Shown: positions 1-13,475, numbered from the whole stretch's first letter. The stretch is DNA of 63,523 bases, filler included, from Lenisia limosa (GCA_001655205.1; 17 parts of 17 records of this genome joined end to end with filler, not necessarily neighbours in it), one strand, 5' to 3'. The notes: generated by a model not told the origin, from the sequence alone. Made by a program: numbers and translations.

Positions 1-33
1 TAAAGTAGATTCAATATCGCCCTCAATCCCAAC

Positions 34-684
34 CTCTTCTAGCACGGGCAGCAAACAGAGCGCCTGGACCTGGCGCAGGTCAGACAGAGCGTTGCCACTC
101 AGGTCCAATGAACGGAGAACGTTACAATGTCGTGCAAGGGAGAAGCCAGGGAAGCGGTGAAGGCGAACGTTTGAGATTTCCAGAATGTTGACTTTGTTGA
201 GGCTTGTCACCGTGTCCATGGCCAATACCTAGGAAGGAATGGGAATTGAAATAACAACATATTGTCAGGTCAAAACCGTCCACATCTTGGAATAGGGACA
301 ATCCACGATTTGACCCTCATCGATTTACTCATAGTTTTGTGGGGTGTCTTTTCAGTACTATAATTTGGTTTATGGTATCAATAGATGTGCTGATGTCGGA
401 ACAAGTGTATAGTATATCTCTATCATATGGTAGCTCAAAAAAGTAAATAAATTCATTAAGAGTTTTACTTGTTTCCAAAAAAGATGAAATAATTAGGGCG
501 TTTATTGCTACCAGCACACCTTTTGGAAAGCGGCTCAACAACAAAGCATCCCGCAACAAACCGGTAAGGGGCGGCCTGAAAACGAGACCACCACAGACCC
601 GTCATGAGTGACAAACTTCTTCGGCCACACGTCCTCCTCCTCATCCTTGACGACCGACTGCCCGCGCCGTAGCATCGGGCCAGA
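34..684 (-). CDS. Leucine-rich repeat protein, partial (exons 684-562, 228-34)
   Basis: Phase-0 GT-AG exons join to SGPMLRR...SFSGRPLP|VLAMDTVTSLNKVNILEISNVRL...LRSLDLSGNALSDLRQVQALCLLPVLEE, which contains the LxxLDLSxNxL LRR consensus. Confidence 0.75.
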
Positions 685-1558
685 CTGGGGGGGGGGGGTA
701 AAATAAGGGTAAAATTGGAAATATCTGAAACATAAAAAGAAGCCCAAAATCAACTCTGGTGGCTGGTAAGGCACCGGGGTTGACAATAGCAAAACACACA
801 AAGCCCTCGCCAGTCGCTTATATATATATATATATATCCATATTTCAAATGTAAAATTTTTGGATCATTTCAGAACAAGAAACCAAAGTCAACACTGTTG
901 TTCGGAAGCACGGGATTTTATGGGTATAATGGTAGCGAATTGCGTAACTGTCAGTCTTTCCAAGATTCTTGGTGGACATCGTTTAACAATGAAAAGGAAA
1001 AAACAAATCCATTTCATACAATGAGGGCCACCAGTGGGAGCGGTGAGGAAGAAGACTTGACCAACTCAAGAGTCTAATCTGTACTGAAAGGGCCAACTGT
1101 GGGGAAAAAGAAGAGGACAGTTCTTCTCTAATTATCCCTATGTTCTGTGGTTCTGTGTGTATATTTGTAGTCTATTACCAGGTATAGTTGTAAGGTGGTG
1201 TGAAAAAGCGAATTTTTTAGGCAAGTGGAAACTACGGCTACCGAGAGCTCATTTAGTTGAAAAATTTTCAGAGTGGAGGTAATTGAGTGGAGGTATTCAC
1301 TTTACAAACACTCTATAGTAGCTATAATCAAGTAGTTTTTGAGGACAGTACTCCAAATATTGATTATCTGTTGTCTCTAAACGGTTTCCTCCAGAACTAT
1401 AACTAGCAACACAATATATTAGACTGCTTTATCTTACAGTTAGTCAGTTATATAGTTAATAAGCCCGCGAATTGCCAATTTGAACTCAAGCCAGATGATA
1501 TAGGCCCAGAAGTGGCGCCTCAAGTCCCTTCGCGTTATTGATCCACAACGTTAGGGAG

Positions 1559-2992
1559 ATGTTCCTCACAATCAAATGCGGAGACCGAGCGGAACTCGCA
1601 AACCCGAACTGTACAGTGGATGTTCTTCTAGACTACATCCAAGTTAGCCTCCAGGCGGTTTCTCCACTTCATTCACCAGTACTTTCTTTAAAACTATTAT
1701 TGACACCTTACAACTCCAGGAACTCTTCGACCTCGCCGGGGAAGCCATTGATCTCTGCGACGAGGCAGGCAACGTCAAGAACCTTCCTTCAGCAGGCAAG
1801 ATCCGGGCCGACTCCGTATTGCCAGCTACTTCTTATGTTGTTGTCAAAATAGACACGAGTTTGTGGGGCGGCCTGGTAGTGTTGCCTTTTCAAGGCAAAG
1901 TGAGGATGACGGTTTTGTGTTTCCTTGTAGGTCCTTTCGCTATGTTCCCAACCCAGCTTCTGGGGTGTATAGAGCTTGTAGTAATGGCCATTGCATGTGC
2001 AATCTTTCATAATTAATATGACTTCTCTTTTTAGGCTTAGTTAAATCACGACCGAATTTTATTTTCCTTTTCAGTTGATTTCGCATTCCCGAAAAGGGCG
2101 ATAAGTTGAATAGTGTATGATATTGCTTAAATAATTTTATGGCCTCGTTGTCTTTTGTTGAGAGTTAAGTCCAGATGTTTTGTCAGCCATTTACAGGCCC
2201 CCACTTTTGTATTCTAGTTAGTTTCTAATTCCTTAGCTGCGGGAGAAGACGCGCCGTTATACATACCGTTGATAAACGACCCAGAATTCAAGGGTTCGAA
2301 GGGGGGGGGGGGGTTATGNNNNNNNNNNNNNNNNNNNNNNNNNNNNNNNNNNNNNNNNNNNNNNNNNNNNNNNNNNNNNNNNNNNNNNNNNNNNNNNNNN
2401 NNNNNNNNNNNNNNNNNNNNNNNNNNGATGTTTATTGGGTATTTATTGATTACTCAGTGTATGGTAGGGGAAGTGTAATATTGGGAATGATGTTATGAAT
2501 AGCGAATGGACACACACTTCTAAAACTACCGGGATTCAGAGTAGTAATGTTGATGTTCTCTTTTTGAGTGGGCTGATGTCTTCAGGTTTGTTTGATTGGT
2601 TTTATAGTCTGCTGTAATTATACTGGTACTCTGTCTTTTGACGATAGTGATACTTGAATAAGTCTACATTGAACTGAACCAGGGAGTGATGCTCTTTATG
2701 TGTATTGGGCTTCCCTTCGATTCCAAAAAAAACAGAAATTACTGATTATTAAGTGTTTCTTTCTCAGACTACAGAGAAAAGGTATCAATGTGATACCTTT
2801 TTTGGTGAAAGCTTTCTACCTTTATCAGTGTATCATTGATAAATAATTCATATCATATGATATGCAGTATTTGTTTGACTGTAGCATTGTTTCTGACAAG
2901 AGTAGTGAAGGGCCAGGTGCAACGAAAGCCACAACGAGCACCCTCAAGAACAGATGTCGCCGAAAGAGGCAAACCAGTAAAACCAAGACGGA
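1559..2992 (+). CDS. CXorf65/C22orf15-like small protein (exons 1559-1642, 1720-1858, 2237-2293, probable later exon ~2917-2992)
   Basis: MFLTIKCGDRAELANPNCTVDVLLDYIQ|ELFDLAGEAIDLCDEAGNVKNL...SYVVVKIDT|TAGEDAPLYIPLINDPEFK. Splice phases are consistent. Family assignment is from recall of MFIxIKxGD...NxNC...LLxYI...IDLCD...PLLxNPE, not from a search. Confidence 0.6.
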
Positions 2993-3199
2993 AAGTTTGT
3001 GGGAGTTCATGTTGACAAGGTCCCATGGACGGCTTCTGATACAACCTTGTTTTTTTTCTCATCTTGATATGATATCTCATTGTATGGACGACTTTGACCA
3101 AATAACCAAATTCAACTTTGCATTCATGATCATTAGGAAGAGTCTCCCGTACCCCCTCTGAAAAAGCCTAGTAAAAAGATTGTAAGGTAAAATGTATTT

Positions 3200-3810
3200 G
3201 TATTCTAGCATTCGGAAATTGTCTTAGTTCTTTGTGAGAGTTCGTGTTTCAGCCAAACCTCATGAACGTCTGACATTGGAAGGTGATAGCCTCCTTTGAC
3301 CCCTTGTTTTACCACCATCCTCCATGTTGAAATCAAATCAAATCGTATTTTATATATATGTATTTGCATAGACCTCAGCCAATCGGAAGAGAAAAGTTTC
3401 TCCTTTGAAGGAATCAAGGAATCACTCCTTACCTCAGCAAAATCAGTGCTATTTCATATTTTCCACTCTACTACACATTTATTACATTGCAATTTCAAGA
3501 TCATGCTATTAATATGCTTCCAGCCGGAAACCTAACAGATGAACAGATGAAGATAACTTACCATATAAGGCAAGTCCTCTCTTTTTGACAGGTTGTTCAT
3601 GTTCTCATTTCAACTAGAGCACCCTTCTTCCCTTATTCTCATAAAGGGATTCTATAGTGAACTTATTAGTGAACTTACCTCTCATCATACCCATTATTCC
3701 CCCTCCCCTTGGAAACCAAACTATATATTTTCTTAAGCATTGAAAGTGGAACACAATTGTCTTCTGAGTGCTTCCACTGGGAATGGCAGAGTTACTTCCT
3801 GACAGGTTGG
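3200..3810 (-). CDS. Multi-exon gene fragment with very short introns, unknown product
   Basis: Strong donors with short GT-AG introns, e.g. gtaagttcactaataagttcactatag (27 nt), gtaagttatc...ctgttag (30 nt) and gtaaggag...caaag (30 nt). The full reading frame was not resolved. Confidence 0.35.
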
Positions 3811-4579
3811 CAAATGCTTATTTATGAAAGTGATGAGTGTCTGTTATAAAAGAGCTTCCCATCGCATTTATAGTCATATTATTCACGGGTCATTTTCAAG
3901 AGTGTTTTTTTGGTATTTTGCCTCATATAATATGTATGACTGAGTCCAAGTAATGAAGCAAAAACCGTATTGATCTTGATTGTATCAGGATCATAAACTA
4001 CACCCAAAGTAAAGTGCACACTTATAAACATATGGCATACAAAAAATTTCAGAGCTGAATTCTAGAACAATAGTGTATTTGAACATCATTGATACCCAAG
4101 GCCACATTTTATCGCATTCTCACAAGTCACACTTTTAGCCCATACTCGCCCATTTCTCCACTGTACCACCCGCACTCCTACACATTCGAATGGCCATCGG
4201 GCAGTAACAGCCTCTTTGATGACGGACCTCTGGGTGGGCCATCTTCTGTTCCCAAACTGACATTTTTATGCAAGACTTTATAAAGAGATTCTTGATATTG
4301 TCGATTTAATCTTCTTATGAATTTTACTTGACAGGATTTTCTCAACATCTTCTTGAAAGCAATGGCAACAATACCATGTTTGTGGGTTCTCACTTGAATC
4401 TCTTCTCTCATAATGGTATCCAAGTTCACGTCTCAGGGATATTGAGGAGTATTCCTACCCTGAACCGCAGATGACATCTCCTGGTTCGTCTACATTTTGG
4501 GAAACGACTATGACTAACAGCTATCCTATTTCATTATACCAACATAAACTGATAACAGTCCAAATATGATTTCAACATG

Positions 4580-5952
4580 TTGCAAATCATTTTCAAACCA
4601 CGTGGTATCTCCATTCCTGAGTTACTTAGACTTCTTCCTGCGAAACTCCCCGATACCAGGTGATTTCTTTGGAGCCATTGGGGCCAGTAAGTTTCATATC
4701 TATTTGTTTCTTGATGGAGTGCAAGAGTAATAAAGGGTCAAACCTTTGGTCGTGTCACAGAACTGATCAATGTGCATTCATGTATTAGATGAAATTATTA
4801 TGTAGTTATCTACAATTCAAATTATTACTATAAAGCTGTTCTACTACTTTAGACACTCCTGACCCGACCCCGCTGGATTCCCCAACTACACCATCATCAC
4901 GTGGGTTTCTTTGTTTCTTTGAGTCAAGTTAAGTAGTTATGGGATTATTTCTATATGTTAGAAATATGTATCAATTTGAGTTGATCCTGAGGACTGCAAG
5001 AGAGTTGCATTTTCAACTAAGTGGCATTGGCAAATGCTCTTGATTGCACTTTTCTGTCTTTCGATATTGAGATGTCATTGACTGTAGGATTGAAGATTGA
5101 TGTACCAGCTTCCGACTTCTCTCAGATATTTGGAAAGTAAGGATAGAAGTCACAATCGCATTGTTTGTTTTTGGTTTGATTGCTTTGTTGAATATATGTC
5201 TAATGGCATGGCATATCTTACCACGTAGTGCTGAAGACCCGTCGCCAAAGATGGCTCTGTGTAATAGCCAAAAGCTATTGGCACCAAAAGACTTCAGGTC
5301 AGATTAGTTGTGTACACTTCTACCTCATGAACTAACAATTCATTGTGGATTGATTTGTCTTCATTAACGGCATGATATTGTTAATACGGTTTAGATCACC
5401 AAAAAGCCCTTCAATATCAAACCTCACAAAAACTGTTGGTTTGGTCCACACTTTGTACATATTAATTTTATGCATAAGGCGCTTCCACAGTTAGGGCTCA
5501 AATTTCCCCTAACAACGTGAACAGGTTAATTTGGCATCTTTGATATGTTGCCTTGTTTTGATCGTGTTCATCACCCCATTTAATCTGAAAGATGGATGAG
5601 TCACTGCCACATTACCCCATTCCCCTTTCTTCAGGTAAGACTTATACAGACGCATATCATATTAGTATATATAATTCCTTTTCATAATGTCACACTATGG
5701 TAATTAGTATCCTTGAAGGCTGTGTGCACAGAGTTGTAAGGAAAATGATTGGGTGAATAATATTATACTATAATCCAATATCTCTTATAAGCGTGATGGT
5801 ATGGACGACTTCGGCCAGACACAACCTTTTTTACCATTGCTATATTATATGGTAATTAAAGTGACGTAGTTCCGGATAGCATTGGTACAGATTTAGTGAC
5901 GCCAAAGGAAGCTGCTGCCATTTTGGCCAAATCAGGTTCGAGCTTTGACTAA
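4580..5952 (+). CDS. Multi-exon membrane protein, unknown family
   Basis: Exon ~5109-5297 encodes DIWKVRIEVTIALFVFGLIALLNICLMAWHILPR (TM helix). Phase-compatible short exons follow (RSPKSP..., GASTVRAQISPNNVN, RWMSHCHITPFPFLQ), ending VPDSIGTDLV...SSFD*. Confidence 0.45.
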
Positions 5953-6269
5953 TTTTCTCTGTTGAATTCGTGATGTATGAGTTATATATTACAATGATGT
6001 GAGGGTAATATCTCATAATCCTTCATTTTGACACTGTCACTAAATTCAGCTTTAGAGCAGCTTGAGAAGACAAATCATCAGAAATTGGATTCCGATAACT
6101 TGGTATGAACAGTAAAGGATTTGAGTCTTTGTTCGAAACACAATTATTTTTCTAATGTAGAAGCCTGCTCCGTATGACATGAAGGCAACCAAGCTTACCG
6201 TTATTAACAGTATATTTGACCGCCTCAGGTGGGCGTCAACATTTAAGGCTTTCCACAATATATTGTGTG

Positions 6270-6950
6270 ACAGTATATTACGAAACCACTTTTGGTGATG
6301 ATGTAGGGTAATCCTTCCCGATTGTCCTTCTGCAACAGCCCGACATACAGTTGTCGAAATGACCTGTGTGTTGGATGGAGTTTTGGAACGATGATATGAA
6401 CACGATCTTCCCATTGTTAGAGAATCTGATCAAAGCTGATCAAAATTATGACCAAGTTTCTAATGACCATTATGATGTATCATCTTTGGTAATGAACTAT
6501 GTAAAATTAATAAAAAGCCAGTTCGAATTGTAATTGCTCCAGGCTCGCGAATTCGACAGTTAACGAAGGAAATTGCGGAAATGAAGGACAAACTAGAACC
6601 GGAGTCAACAAGGGTGGGGGAATTGGAGTGTTTTTCAGCCTGGCAAGGCCGGATATTTTAGACGTAATAGTTATTTATTTTCATATAAAGATCAGTTCCG
6701 GAATTACCCTTTCCATGAATGATTTTTGACGCGATAGCTGATCCGTGATTTCCAACGTTCAAGACTCCACCACCACAGGCGTTCCCCTTCAGGTGTCAGC
6801 ACCCCTGGTAATAGGGGGAAGTACGACCATTCATTTTTGGAATTTACCCGACCACAAAAGAGTAACTCAAGATGGTAATTCAACGTCATTAATTATTTGT
6901 AGTGACGGAGTATATGAAGACAGTCACCCTGTCCGGTTCCTCCTCTGACG
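6270..6950 (+). CDS. Gene-like region with short introns, unresolved
   Basis: Protein-like pieces (MEFWNDDMNTIFPLLENLIK; PVRIVIAPGSRIRQLTKEIAEMKDKLE) separated by candidate 25-41 nt GT-AG introns. Confidence 0.3.
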
Positions 6951-9499
6951 TCGTAGGGGGGTATTGACACAAAGCCCTTTTGTAAATTATCTTTCACAGC
7001 TGAAGTTGAGGCAACAATGTAAATTGTAACCGAAAATGACAAACCAAGCCAAGTTTCAGCATGATTGCCTCCACCGCAATCCTGACCCTCCAGTCCTCCA
7101 CATCAACCCCCAAGCGCCACAAGTCAGTAACGCGCTACTTCACGTTACAGCCCACTCCGCCGCCACACTCCCCTGGAGCACCGCTGAACAAGACCATAAG
7201 ACGCCACCGCAGTCCTGTCAAAGGTGTCAAGTCGAGAGGGGCGTTCCAGGGCTGAGCGGAATGTTTCCGTTTCGAAGTGTAGTATATAATTATTCTATCC
7301 AACTACATCTTGGTGTGATATGTGTTAGGTATGTTGCGGGAATTATTTTGGAGTCGAATAAACGTTTCAATTTGTAAAGTAGCGAACGCAGGGTATTTAA
7401 AATATATAAACCACTAAGCCCTATTTCAGCTCAATGATTGTCATGAATCTTGACCAGAGATTTTCTGCAGGAGCGGCGCCAAATATCTACTTGTGTGACG
7501 GGAATTGAGGGATTGGGAGAGAGATAAAATTTGTGAGAAATATATCATATGATATGTATGTGTGGTATCCAGAGACTTCTTATTTTGATTTTTGTTTTTT
7601 AATCTGGTTGCAGTATCTCAGAGTAATGAAGTGTGAGGTAGTCGTAGAGGTAATATTATTGTTCGCTTTTTCGGTGAAGCCTAATTATGTACATAAAACA
7701 TGTAGTCCCTTGAGAAATCCCCTCACTGCGGATTGTCCTTCAGCCGTCACAATCAAGTCAGAAACTCCTGACGCCAGTTCTCCGGTCCTGTGTTATCAGT
7801 ACAATATCTGAATAGACAAAACTACAAACAACCAAAAAGTGAAATATCTGTTGTAGAGCTTCAAATGATGATGTTTAACAACCAAATGGAGCGGATCTTC
7901 ATCATGATTCTCCCAAGGCTCACCATGACACTCCGAAGCGAGAGTCCTCAGAAACCTGTCCACATCCCTGTGTGGTGGCAAAGATCGTCTTCCCGCCAGA
8001 CTGATGGGTTTAGAAGAACAGAAAACAAATTACAATGTTTCATTAAAAGTGAGTCGAACTCAAAACAGTAAAAGGTGCATTTTCCATAGACACAGTAGAT
8101 TATCTCCTGGTGTAAAACGAAAGTGATGTATACGATATCATATACCTTGATACCCTCTGCTTTATTCAGACTTTCATGGCACTGAGCAAAAAGCCAAATA
8201 TTATGTTTGCTATGAAATAATACTGGTCATCATTACCTTATTTCAGCCTTTATGAACCCCCACTTTCAGCCTCAGTGTAACCGGAAGCCATACTTCGCCA
8301 CAGCGATATCCCACATCAAGCTGGAGTGGTCAAGAAATCAAGTGGTGGAAATGACTGTATATGTGACACAGTAGAGACACAAAGATTTGATGTACAATGT
8401 GAAGATATTGGACAAACTCCGAAATATATCATATGTTGCTACATCTGGTATAGAAATAATAAAATCACATGTACATAGTAATTCATACATCTTTGTATCA
8501 AAATTAATGCACAAAAAAGACTCATACAAGAATAATGAAGTTCTTTGAAGAGGTCAGCGTGAGAGGAACATTGAATACTTCCGATTCTCTATTACAGCAG
8601 TTAATTGAGAAACAATACAAAATATTGTCACATTCTCCCACGACTTTAAAGCGTAGAAACAGGAGATTGTTATCAAAAAATACAAACAAAACGATATCAA
8701 CCCCCCCCCCACGAGCCAGCGGCTGTGTTAACTTGGGTATTGGTCTCCAACCTGAAAGCGGTTATACAGTATATCCAATAATAGAAGACAGGGATCAACG
8801 CAAAAAGATAACAGGGAGAGAGTAACTTGGGATCAGATAGACAAGGTACTGGGCTGACACAATAGTGGACTATTATGATCCTTACTTCTGAATATTCTCC
8901 ACCGCAGAGGACGGGAAAGTGAGGAGGCTTGCTTTTTGTACCACAACAGAACACGTCATTTTACTGCCAACTATTAAGAACATAAGAACACACAATTATG
9001 TCCCAAACAACTTTATAGTTCAAAAAACTTTTGCCAACAATATAACTGCTTACCCGTTTCCAGTCATAAGGGCGCCAGTAACGTCTTGACCTTCACAGTG
9101 TAAAATAAAAAAGGCATCCTCTTTGGTTGTACAATTGAATATATTGTCAAGTTAAATATGACAAAAAAATGCAAAGTAAGTTGTTGTAAGGTATGAATAA
9201 TATCCAATCATTTTCCAATCAAATAGTTAATCTTCACTGTATGGTATGATATGATATCTGTGTTTGTTGGTCTTTTCTGAAGGAAAGTCTTAATTTCGTA
9301 AATAATAACAATGAACCAATAGCAGCAACAAACCTGCAGAAACTTGATCGACATCAAAGAGAGTCATTGAAGTTTTAGGAGTATACTGGAAATGCATCAT
9401 GTACTGACTGGAGGCATCTACAAGGTAAAAAAGGGCACTTTGCCATGCCCCCCCACCCCCCAACATATCATTATCATCATCCTTATTTCAATCCTCAAC

Positions 9500-11700
9500 C
9501 CCCTATCATACCAAAGTTGATTGTTGCCTTCGGTGTGATCCAGGTAGCTCCAACAAGTTCCGAGTAAAAGTCGTAAAGAACAATGGCTGTGGTATCGTCA
9601 TCAACAACCGCCTGGGTGGTGAGGTGATTATCGTAACACAATGTCCCGCTCATGAACTCGAATAGAACTATTGAGAAGTGATTTGATCAGCTTAATTGAA
9701 GCTCGTCAGCAACGGCCCCAGTGTTAGGATAATTGTGATGAATACATCATAGATAATAAAAACGCCGGGGCACAGGGATAATGGCGTGATTAGGGGGATC
9801 TTAAGGTAATGATAAAGAACTAATTTGGAGAGCACTTGTTAAACATATTACAGCCAGACCTCGAGAGTTGTTTCAGGAATGCGAATGTTGTTATCTAAAT
9901 AGTAAGCCGCCAAGAACGCATAATACAGTAGACAGTCATCATATTTCTCTATTCACTCTGAAAAGAGAGAAAACACACAAAGGGACCAGAACAGGGTCCC
10001 GATAAGAACCAAAAGCTCACGGAATTCACCCGTGGTCTCGGTGAGGGAAGGTGGGGTGTACTCTGGCAATGTTCCTCTGGTTGAAAGCTGTCCTTTGCTG
10101 CTTTGAACTTAAAAGTTAGAAATGTTGAAGTATTTCTTTCTTCGAGTGAATGATCGCTCTTGAAAAAGCAGAAACAAGAAAAAAAAAAAAGGATTACTTG
10201 ACTGAAGCATTCATCGTCATGTTCTAAGATATATTGGACTACATTAAGTACGTTTTGCACTAAATAGAGCTAGCTGCTATCCTCTTTTCAGTGCTAAAAC
10301 TGAACACATAGTTCAGCAGTTTCAACCGAGCTTAGACCCAATAAAACTTGCATACTGAGGGTCAACGTTGAGACAACTGGCATCCCACTGAGAGCGCCTC
10401 CATGCGAAACAGTACCCGTGGTAAGTTGACATTCCACCTGCGGATGGAAGTCAAACTCTGAAGACTGTATAAAATTGTTACAGGATGCGTGAGTTAAAAA
10501 AAATACAAAACGTATAACACACACAGCTTGTCAATTGTTAACAATATAAGATGAATCTTATGATGACAAGGTCTGTGAAGACAACTCTGAGAAAAGTACC
10601 CCTTTTGAAGTGTATGGGGATCCATATAAGAGGCCTACAGCAAAAGTGGCAGAAGCTGCATATTTTGACTCGGAAAAGTGCATGCATCTGGCCTGGAGGA
10701 AATAAAGTGAAGGGTGCTCAACAAATTCCGAATACGCCAAAGAGCACCCACCTGGTCTGAAGTAGCAGCACTTTGGAGGGTCACAAACGCGGCGGCAGCT
10801 ATGTGTGTCAAAACATATATCTCAGGAACAATTTTGATCATGCCACTACAACACTGAACAAGTCGTGTTTTGAAATGAAAAGTCCGCAATTATTTGTGTT
10901 AAACTCATTCATTTTCCCTAAATATCGCTAACTGACTGTCTCTTGGAATTTTCATAAACAAAGCCCCAAGCAAACAATCGGGGTTGGTGAAGCGGCAGGA
11001 AGCAGAGGAGCCGGCAGCCATTATAAAGCAAACATGGGCCATGGCTAAGATATTGCCAGGTTGGTATGACTGAGGGGGTCATAAGGGTTGGTGTGTTCTA
11101 CTGACCAAGTGTTATGCAAATTGTAAGAAGATCAGTATGTGCCAAAAAGATAAGAAATACTCAAACATGCTGAAGTCAATTCAAAAACAGCCCACATGGA
11201 TTGGTGCTTTCAAGACAGGGGTCCAGTCAGCTGAAGAGGTAAGCCATAATACCCAGTTGAGGTAAATGGGTTGTGAATGAGAGTTTATCTGGCATAGGGC
11301 CGAATAACAACTCCTGATGCTGTCCATTGGTCAACTCTCTAATATTCGCCAAAATACCCCCCACTCCCAAGTCATCCACGCTCACTTGACAACGAAATAG
11401 TCTCGTTTGAAGTGACATGCGCTGTCTTGATGGACTAAAATGTAATTAAGGCCTCCCTCTGGTCCCAAAAATCCAACCTAACGACAGCAATCTATCATCA
11501 TAAAGTCGGAGACAAGCCCAAAAGGAATACCAGAAGTTTCATAAAGCACCTCTCACAGAGTCTTTGGTCACGACATTGTCAAAGGGAACTGAGTTGATTG
11601 ACCCAACGTTTAGGTCTTAGAGAGGTAAGGATTTGTCTGCCAAAGGCAGCATATTATTTTTGCCATTATAGCCTACGTCCAGCAGCGATGTAATGCAATG
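9500..11700 (-). pseudogene. Large gene-like region, either decayed or split by unresolved short introns
   Basis: Protein-like frames (LFEFMSGTLCYDNHLTTQAVVDDDTTAIVLYDFYSELVGATWITPK; HPQVECQLTTGTVSHGGALSG; GMIKIVPEIYVLTHIAAAAFV) are interrupted by stops and frame switches that I could not all explain with introns. Confidence 0.3.
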
Positions 11701-11915
11701 GTTGATATATAATATAATGTACGTTTGTACATATCACATATTATGAAGAAAAATATGAAAGGCCTCCAAAAAAATGACAATTAGAAATAAAAAAATAAGG
11801 TTGTATCTGGTAAGAGAAGAGAATAAAATACGAGAAATGAGAATAATAATAAAAAGAATTAACTAACCACCAAAGCCGTCCACAAGTTATTTTCGATGAG
11901 AAGAAATTGGATATC

Positions 11916-12139
11916 ATGGGCTCACCCGTGATTGACGCGCTACTTAAGAAGGCCTTGCCCAGAGCATCGGTTTCTCTGCATGATATGACAAAAGGGTCAA
12001 CAAACACCAACGCTTCATTGTATACCAGCGATTTAACTGCATTATATCATCATTTCGCCCACATGAAAGCAAATGAAAGCCCAGAGAACGTCAGTAACAT
12101 CCAGAGGATGGCCTTGGTCGGCATGGTGAACATCATTTC
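11916..12139 (+). CDS. Coding exon, unknown product
   Basis: Open frame MGSPVIDALLKKALPRASVSLHDMTKG...ALVGMVNIIS followed by a gtattg donor. Confidence 0.4.
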
Positions 12140-12362
12140 GAGTATTGGGTTTTTTTTTCTTTTGCTGTGATTCGTGCAAAGAGGGGAAGGACGCTGGCTA
12201 GGACATATGGGAACGCGAATAGACTTTTAATACTGTATAACACTGGGGGTCTATATACTATATACTAAAAAAGAAGTTAGTGGAAAGCGGAAAATAAGAA
12301 TCAGCAAGCGAATAGAAAGCCATATTCTCTGTTATTCAAAGCAGAAGGGCAACCGAGACGGG

Positions 12363-13134
12363 ATGAGTCGCCGTAAGAAAAAGACCAGTTCTTCTTCTGC
12401 TGCTGCTCCAGTGTCTCCCAGCCCTGTGGAAGAGATAAATAATGATTTGAGTAGTGATGGAGAAGGCTCGCATCCTGTAGTCCTTCCTGACGTCTCGGAA
12501 ATGGTTGACGCAAGCATGTTGGAGGGTTGAGATCCTGTTTTTTTCTTACGTGCTTACTAAGGGTGTGTTGTCTTTGTTTATATATGTTAATCTTCACTTG
12601 GAATTTAATTTTTTTTGGAATTTGCGCCTGTTGTTTTGTTTGTTTGTTGCATCATGTCTTGTTTCTAGTCCCTCACAATGATATTAGTCGTAATAAAATG
12701 AGTTTGAGGAAGTCTCACAAGTGTTGGAGCTTGCATGATACAATGGCTGTAAAGATGAGTCAAGCCAGGGGAGGGACATACTGAAGGCATTTTTTTTTCT
12801 GAGTTTACGAATGGGTCAGGACCCGTTGTCACAAAAACGCAATATAGGTTGCTTTGTTATTTTTATTGGATAAGATGGCACCGATTAAATTTGAAAATAT
12901 GACTTTTTTTTCCCTTCTTCTTTTAATAACCTTTTCACCTTTCTTTATTGTCCCAGTCCTCTCATATTAAACATCACCCCGTTGTATATTAACACGCCAG
13001 GTTTGCGCGCAGGGAGAATGAAACGGAAGCGGAGCTCTTCACCCGTCTTGCTGCCTGGTTCCAGAACGAGAAGGAGAAGGCAATTTCTGATCTCCCCGTC
13101 ATCCCAGATTTCGACAGCAAGCACGATGATTCAG
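12363..13134 (+). CDS. Unknown protein, 5' exons (12363-12517, 13001-13134)
   Basis: MSRRKKKTSSSSAAAPV...EMVDAS(M)|FARRENETEAELFTRLAAWFQNEKEKAISDLPVIPDF. The phase-2 join is consistent; the gene runs into a gap. Confidence 0.6.
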
Positions 13135-13258
13135 GTTGGCTAATTGATGTGCTGTAGTAGTGGTCATGGAAATGTGGAGTGATGGGATGCGGTGCTGCAG
13201 AAGCGACTGTCCTTGGCTTTGTTTGTTTTGTTATATATCAACGCCAAAATTGTTTCAT

Positions 13259-13358
13259 NNNNNNNNNNNNNNNNNNNNNNNNNNNNNNNNNNNNNNNNNN
13301 NNTTAATTAATTAANNNNNNNNNNNNNNNNNNNNNNNNNNNNNNNNNNNNNNNNNNNN
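13259..13358. other. Artificial scaffold linker N44-TTAATTAATTAA-N44 (first of 16)
   Basis: The identical six-frame-stop linker recurs at ~13303, 19115, 21651, 23587, 30980, 33337, 35480, 37164, 38876, 40810, 48704, 50469, 53704, 55387, 57590 and 60876. Adjacency across a linker is not biological. Confidence 0.97.
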
Positions 13359-13385
13359 TATTTGGATTTATCTGTGCCTAACCAT

Positions 13386-13475
13386 TAGTGTTTCACTTCG
13401 GTTCAAAAAAAGACTCGATAAATCCTCGAAAACTATCTATTTTGCCGGTATTTTTCGAACTGAAGTGAAGCCCTA
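13386..13475. mobile_element. MITE family A copy (hAT-like)
   Basis: TIRs tagtgtttcacttcggttc...gaactgaagtgaagcccta; flanks ctaaccat/gtaatcat (6/8 TSD match). Confidence 0.8.

Noticed and set aside
6880-6920. PP2C motif SLIICSDGVYE
   Set aside because: The first half lies in a likely 28-nt intron (gtaattc...ttgtag), and no other PP2C motifs were found in order.
13303-13314. Recurrent TTAATTAATTAA as a biological motif
   Set aside because: It is always centred in exactly 44+44 Ns, so it is an assembly concatenation linker.
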